Below are positions 58,704-64,000 of a stretch of 64,000 nucleotides of DNA, one piece after another. How positions within the stretch are numbered: position 1 is the first letter of the stretch; the number at the start of each line of letters is the position of its first letter. This DNA is from Rebecca billardiae RCC1528 (Eukaryota; Protista; Haptophyta). The DNA lies in assembly GCA_965240325.2 (NCBI GenBank), contig OZ251241.1, positions 1,178,001-1,242,000 of the forward strand, written 5' to 3'. The notes under the pieces are model-generated. The model was given only the letters and a program-made list of their open reading frames with translations, was not told the origin of the DNA and ran no database searches. A program made the position numbers and the translations under genes.

Positions 58704-58788
58704 GAGTGCCGGGGCGACATGACGGACGCGCCTAAAGGAAAGACATTTCCTGGCGTACGGTTCCAGACGCACAGCCCTCCGGGAACTC
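58704..58788 (+). promoter_or_regulatory. SECIS-like stem-loop in the 3' UTR
   Basis: ATGA (58719) - 11 nt - AAA - apical minihelix GGAAA/TTTCC - GA (58766); lower stem GAGT.CCGGGGC / GCCC.CCGG..ACTC. Helix II is asymmetric (9 vs 13 nt). Confidence 0.45.
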
Positions 58789-59737
58789 GCCTGTATTCAC
58801 GGCGGCCCAATGCTACTGCGCCACGAGGCTCCCGCTAAGCCGCGACTCCGACCGCGGGCTGCGCGGCAGATCGGCGCGCTGGCCAGCGGTCCGATCCGCA
58901 TCGACCATCAAAGTCGCGCCCGCCGGACCCGCGGACCGACCTTGAACTGACCAAGGTTGGCCACGCGTCAGACTATACCGCGCGGCGCGCAGTATAATTA
59001 TTCCGGTGACGCCTGATGATGAACTCGGCGGGTCGACGTGCCGCCGCCTCCCTTTATAATTTCCGCCATCCGCGCCTGACTCACTCACGCAGTCACTCTG
59101 GCCGCCAACGCCGCAACGGGCCGAACGGTGAGCACTCACTTAGCCCGCCGGCCTCGGATATCAGTAGTCTAGCCAACGGTAGTTAGAATCTGACTGAGTG
59201 ATCACGCGACTCACGGGGCGCCGCATGAGTCACAGGCGGCAGGCCGCGGATCAATTGGGCGGGCTATAGGCCGCTAGGCGGGCGCGTGCCACGTCCGAGC
59301 CACTCCGGCCGCGGACTAGCACGTTAAAACATAGTAAACTGTACTTAGTTAGGCGGCCGGCGCCCGCGCGTTGTCAGCCCGCGACTCCAGCGAGACTCAA
59401 GTCAATACATATAATAATAATATCTGCTATCCGCGTACTTATTCGTACTCGTAGGCGATCCGTTTACCGTTACGGCGGCATCACTTGTCAGGCTCCATGC
59501 CCGACCATGGCCATATCATCAGCAAAGTCTACTTTGCGAATACTGCTGCTAGTGCTACTAGTACTGCTAAGCTATGAGAGTTGAGACAGTACCCGTCAGG
59601 CTGTCGCCGTCTGTCGGCCCGTCAGGTCGCCGACAGACGCGAATAGTTAGTCTCGCGGATCCATGATGCCAGCGGAGCTAAGTCACATATATATAAGACT
59701 AACTACCGATATCGGATATGATGAGTATCTGATGGCG

Positions 59738-59870
<133 letters not shown>

Positions 59871-60508
59871 CAGCAGCATCAGTATTACTCATTCGTCCCG
59901 ACTGAGTCCGCGCACACCGGCACGGGCAGACGCGTAGACCGCCGTGTCGGCCTCAGTCAGCCTTAGCAGCACCCGGCCGGAAGTCCGAACCGTGACCGGG
60001 GTCCGCGCGCGGCGCGCCATATTGGCATTACCCCGGGGGCTAGCTCAGGCTGCGAGTGGCGGCTGACTCATGACTGTGAGCCGACTGAGCCGAGCGGACT
60101 TACTCAATACTCACTTAGCCCGGTCATGAGCCTGGCTGCTGCCAGTCCGAGTAGTATATAACGACGTCGTAGTACGATATCTGAGACGGACGACTGCGAT
60201 GGTCAGACCCTGCCAGTCTGTCACTGGCTGTGTCCGCGCACGGGCCCGGCCCCGGGCCGGTCAGGCCCCGCCTGCCGCCGGGCAGCCTGCAGCCAGCGGC
60301 AGCGTGCGCGTGACTGCTGCGGCAGTTCGCCGCACAGACCCAGAGCCACGGATCGAGAGCGCGGTCTCGCCAAGGCTCGAGAGTCGAGCCCCGGCCACAT
60401 CAGCATTCGCCACGAGCGCCCCAGAAGCGGGCAGGCGTGCGTGCGGTGACAGGTGACAGTGCCGTCAGCCTCCGGCCTGCCCTGCCACCTCACTCAGACA
60501 GACTCAGC

Positions 60509-61259
60509 TCAGAAGTAGGGAGGGCCAACGTCGTACAGGGCGGACTGCGTGACGATGCCCGAGAAGGCGAGCATGGCGAGGCGGCCGTTCTTGATCTCCT
60601 TGAGCTCGAGGTCCGCGCGCCTCTCCGGAGAGTCCGCCATCTCAAGCGGGTCAAAAAAATAGTCGCCCGCTGCGCGGTGGCCGCAGCGGAGGGCGCACGT
60701 GGGGGAGGGTCGCGATCGGACCGCGGTCTCGTCAGCCGCGGGGCAAGGCGGCACGCCACGCGAGGCGGGTGCGCGCCGGGCCCCGCGAGCAGCAGGAGGC
60801 AGCGTGCCACGCACCTGGCCGCCCACTGCCCTCCGCCTGCTCGTACAGCGCCAGGCCAGCGAAGACCTCGCAAATGCCCACGACGGTGAGGAGGAAGCCC
60901 ATGTTGCCAGATGCCACCATGGCGTCGTGCGCGGCGAAGGCGGTGAGGCCCGCGTACTTGGCGCCGGGGAATTTGATGCCCATATCGACCGCGAGCCAGC
61001 CCGCCGTCGCGAGCATAGCCAACCGCCCGTGCTTCAGCTCGGCCTCCCGGAACCAGGTGATCGCCTGCGGGAAGCGCGACGTGAAGCCGAGCGGATCGAA
61101 GCCCTTGTCGCCGACCATCGAGCCGTCGAGCGCTGGTGGCGCGTCGAGGAATGGCAACGACTCGGACTTGGCCATCATCGCCAGGCCGCTGGCGCCGCGC
61201 GCGCGCGGCACCGGCGCCGTGTACGCCGCGAGTCCATGGATCAGCGCTGCGAGCACCAT
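60509..61259 (-). CDS. Light-harvesting chlorophyll a/c-fucoxanthin binding protein (Lhcr-like); intron 60670..60814
   Basis: [54 protein letters not shown]. Phase-1 intron G|GTGCGT..CGCAG|CG. Confidence 0.95.
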
Positions 61260-61434
61260 GTCGATCACGCGAGCGAGAGATTCACGACCGCTCACTCGCT
61301 CCGGACCGTCAATCGCCAGTCGCCACATTTACTAATGGCCTCCCTCACCCGGACTCGGCCGGTGGAGCGGAACTCGGCTTTTTGCGCGCTTCAAAAACCG
61401 CTGGCGATCGAGATCTCACGCCCAAAAGCCGTTG

Positions 61435-63204
61435 ATGGCGGACGCCTCGCGCACGCGGCATGAGCTGCAGCTCGCGCAGCTGAGGTGGCAGCAGAACCAG
61501 ACGATCGTCGAGGCGGGGCCGGCGACGCAGCTGTACGCTCCCCCTGCGCAGCCCTGGGCCGCGCCCTCGATGCCGATGAACCGGCCAAGGGGCGGACCGC
61601 AGTGCCTGCCGCCCCTCGTCGCCGCGCCGGCGCTGCCAGCAGGCGCCGCCGCGGCAGCTGCGCCGTCCCCGCCACGGCAAGCGCAGGCATGCGCGCTCGC
61701 CGAAGCGTCCGTCGGCCGAGCCAACGCAGCTGCGTGCGTCACCGCGCCCCACGCTGCCGCCGCGCCCGGTGGCATGGCGGCATCGAGCGCGACCAAGCGC
61801 GAGGCTGTCCTGGACCTGAGCACGCGCAGGTGCGAGCAGGCGTTCGACCTGATCGCGCGCTCGCGACGGGGCGCGATCGACCGCCCGCTGCTCGAGGCAG
61901 TGCTCCAGATGCTCGGCCTGCGACTCACGACCGCCGAGCTCGACACGCTCCTCGCGGCGCGGCACGCCGGCAACGCGGCGGAGGCGGCCGCTGACGACGT
62001 CCACGACCTCGTCGACGTCCTGGGGGTGGTCGACGCGCTCCGGCAGGGCGGGCCCGGGCGGCCCAAGCCGCCGGCGCACTCGGTGCGGTACCAGGGCGAC
62101 GCGCCGTGGAGCAAGGTCGATCCGGTCCTCATCCTGCCGCTCGCCTCCGTCAACCACCGGCGCATACGCACGCAGCCGCGCGTGGTGCCGACGCGCGCGC
62201 CGGGCGCCGCAGCGGCCAGCGGCGCAGCCGGAGTGGCGGGCGCGAGCGGCGCCGGCGCGGGCGGCGCGAGCGGCGGCGGGGGGAGCGGGACCGCGTGCTC
62301 GCGCACGACCGGCGGTGGTGCCGACCCCGCCCCCGGGGCCGCGTGCTCCGCCGCAGAGGGGCGGCGAGGGCTGCCAATCGACCCGCTGCCACACCTTCCG
62401 CCGCTCACCGAGGACGAGCAGGTGCGCGCGCACATGCAGACGCTGCTGCACGCGTACACGAACAAGCCGCTGAACGCCGCGGACGCGCTGGTGCGCACGT
62501 ACGCTCAGGTCGCCGTGGGCGGCGCGTGCATCTGCCTCCGGCTCGTCCTCGGCGAGCGCGACGCGTGCGACCGGCCGTTTGGGCTCTGGCTGCTCGTGCA
62601 GGGCGCGCTGTGGCTGGGCGGTGTGGCGCTCCAGCTGCTCTCGTCCTCGTCGGTCGCGAATCGTGATCCGGTGCACCTGATGCGCTTCCCGCTCGAGGCG
62701 GGGGCGTGCGAGTTTGTGCTCGACGGCACGCGCGTGCTCCTCCTGCTCCCGCTGATGTGCGTCTGGTGGCTCGTCGGCGCAGTGTGGGCGCTGCCAGTCG
62801 GCAACGCGCCGGTAGACCCGAGTGTGGTCCCGGTAGGTGGGGGCGACATTGTGTGCGACGGAGCGCTCACGCCGCTGTGGTTGGCTACCGTCACTGCCCT
62901 GGCGGTCGGCGTGCTGCACGCGTGCCTCACCGTCACAGCCGTGCTCGTGCGGCTGTCCCGCCCGAGGGGTGAGCGGCAGCCGCGGGGCCGGGGGCGCGCG
63001 CGCAAGCCAATGTCGCGTCGCGGACGATTGCGGCGCGTAGACGCGATGGACTCGTCCGGAGAGGAGTCGGACGGCTCGGCGGGTTGGGCTGGCAGCTGGG
63101 ATGCGGCGGCGGGCGAAAGCGACCGTGACTTCATGATGCCGTCGCACGGTCCGCCGCCTCACTCGCCTGCCACCGCCGCCAGCGGAGGCGGCACGGGGGT
63201 CTGA
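61435..63204 (+). CDS. Hypothetical membrane protein with a degenerate EF-hand-like region and ~4 TM helices
   Basis: EQAFDLIARSRRGAIDRPLLEAVLQMLGLRLTTAELDTLL resembles a calmodulin-type helix-loop-helix. Hydrophobic C-terminal block with CDRPFGLWLLVQG. Confidence 0.6.
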   Translation: MADASRTRHELQLAQLRWQQNQTIVEAGPATQLYAPPAQPWAAPSMPMNRPRGGPQCLPPLVAAPALPAGAAAAAAPSPPRQAQACALAEASVGRANAAACVTAPHAAAAPGGMAASSATKREAVLDLSTRRCEQAFDLIARSRRGAIDRPLLEAVLQMLGLRLTTAELDTLLAARHAGNAAEAAADDVHDLVDVLGVVDALRQGGPGRPKPPAHSVRYQGDAPWSKVDPVLILPLASVNHRRIRTQPRVVPTRAPGAAAASGAAGVAGASGAGAGGASGGGGSGTACSRTTGGGADPAPGAACSAAEGRRGLPIDPLPHLPPLTEDEQVRAHMQTLLHAYTNKPLNAADALVRTYAQVAVGGACICLRLVLGERDACDRPFGLWLLVQGALWLGGVALQLLSSSSVANRDPVHLMRFPLEAGACEFVLDGTRVLLLLPLMCVWWLVGAVWALPVGNAPVDPSVVPVGGGDIVCDGALTPLWLATVTALAVGVLHACLTVTAVLVRLSRPRGERQPRGRGRARKPMSRRGRLRRVDAMDSSGEESDGSAGWAGSWDAAAGESDRDFMMPSHGPPPHSPATAASGGGTGV

Positions 63205-63543
63205 GAAACGACGCCGAATCCGAGCTGGCCGGAGTGGCCGCCGAGTGGCGAACCGCGCGCGAGTGTCATCTATCGGACAACTCCGATTCCGACGTCGTAT
63301 AGTCCGTCGTCCGATATATAATGGACGATGATGATGATGATTAATAATAATATATATAATCCGGCGGCACATAAGTAGTTAATCAGTAGTAGATATATGT
63401 TAGAGCAGGACAGATACGATTGCACTCGATACAGCACGTGTGGGCTGCAGTCCGCCTGGATCGACCCCGCTGAGACGGCGGCGCTCCATCCGTGAGCGCC
63501 GGCGGCCGTTCACATGTCAATGCGTCGCAACCAACGGGCGCGC

Positions 63544-64000
63544 GCTGAAACCGATCACTCCGGGGCCAACCTTCCGAGACTCCACTGAGCTTCGGACTCT
63601 GCGGTTGTCCGGACCGTTCCGTGCAGCGCGCCCTCAATGGCTGTAAGCTTGTCCGTGCGGGTAGACGAGTGTGTACAATCAGCTCGTAGTGCATCAGTGC
63701 CAGAATACTCTGACACTCCTCCTCACTGAGCACAGCGAGATGCAGTTAGTGTGCTGTACGCGTGTGCGCGGTGTTGTTGCGCGCGATGATGCCGGCGTAC
63801 ATGTCTGTGACCATGTCGACTGTTGTCCCAACCAGTTTGGTCCGTCGAGGTGTTGACGGCGGTATCTCCGACTCGGGTGTATCAACCCGTCCCCCCTTGA
63901 TTCCTTTGCTGAAACCGATCACTCCGGGGCCAACCTTCCGAGACTCCACTGAGCTTCGGACTCTGGTTGTCCGGACCGTTCTGCAGCGCGCCCTCAATGG
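63544..64000 (+). repeat. Direct repeat of ~95 bp (63544..63640 and 63908..64000+), spacing 364 bp
   Basis: GCTGAAACCGATCACTCCGGGGCCAACCTTCCGAGACTCCACTGAGCTTCGGACTCT...CCCTCAATGG occurs twice with two small indels. The second copy runs to the window edge. Confidence 0.9.

Overview
Very GC-rich eukaryotic nuclear DNA with short GC-rich GT..AG introns and nucleus-encoded plastid proteins (LHC, fibrillin, RETICULATA-like) that carry signal peptides. This points to an alga with a secondary red plastid, most plausibly a haptophyte (inference). Housekeeping genes: RPC5/POLR3E, a DPP4/8/9-like S9B peptidase, CCDC22, an ankyrin-like protein, two tandem ARM-BTB paralogs, a MYND-finger protein, a GT-A glycosyltransferase and several hypotheticals. 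The centrepiece is a 15.9-kb Mutator-like element (26488..42361) with 670-bp TIRs and a 9-bp TSD (TTAAAACAT). Its two convergent genes both start from an ATG inside the TIRs. One encodes a predicted ~3,100-aa transposase fused to a 2OG-Fe(II) dioxygenase, SWIM, PHD, HhH and OTU domains; the other is a large Tudor/SH3-like plus coiled-coil protein. Together they are a candidate chromatin-modifying (anti-silencing) transposon system. Other highlights: a small plastid-targeted ORF with an in-frame TGA and a SECIS-like 3' hairpin (candidate selenoprotein); ARM repeats that vary mainly at ligand-binding positions; several non-autonomous TIR elements next to start codons. All domain calls are by eye from motifs; no searches were run.
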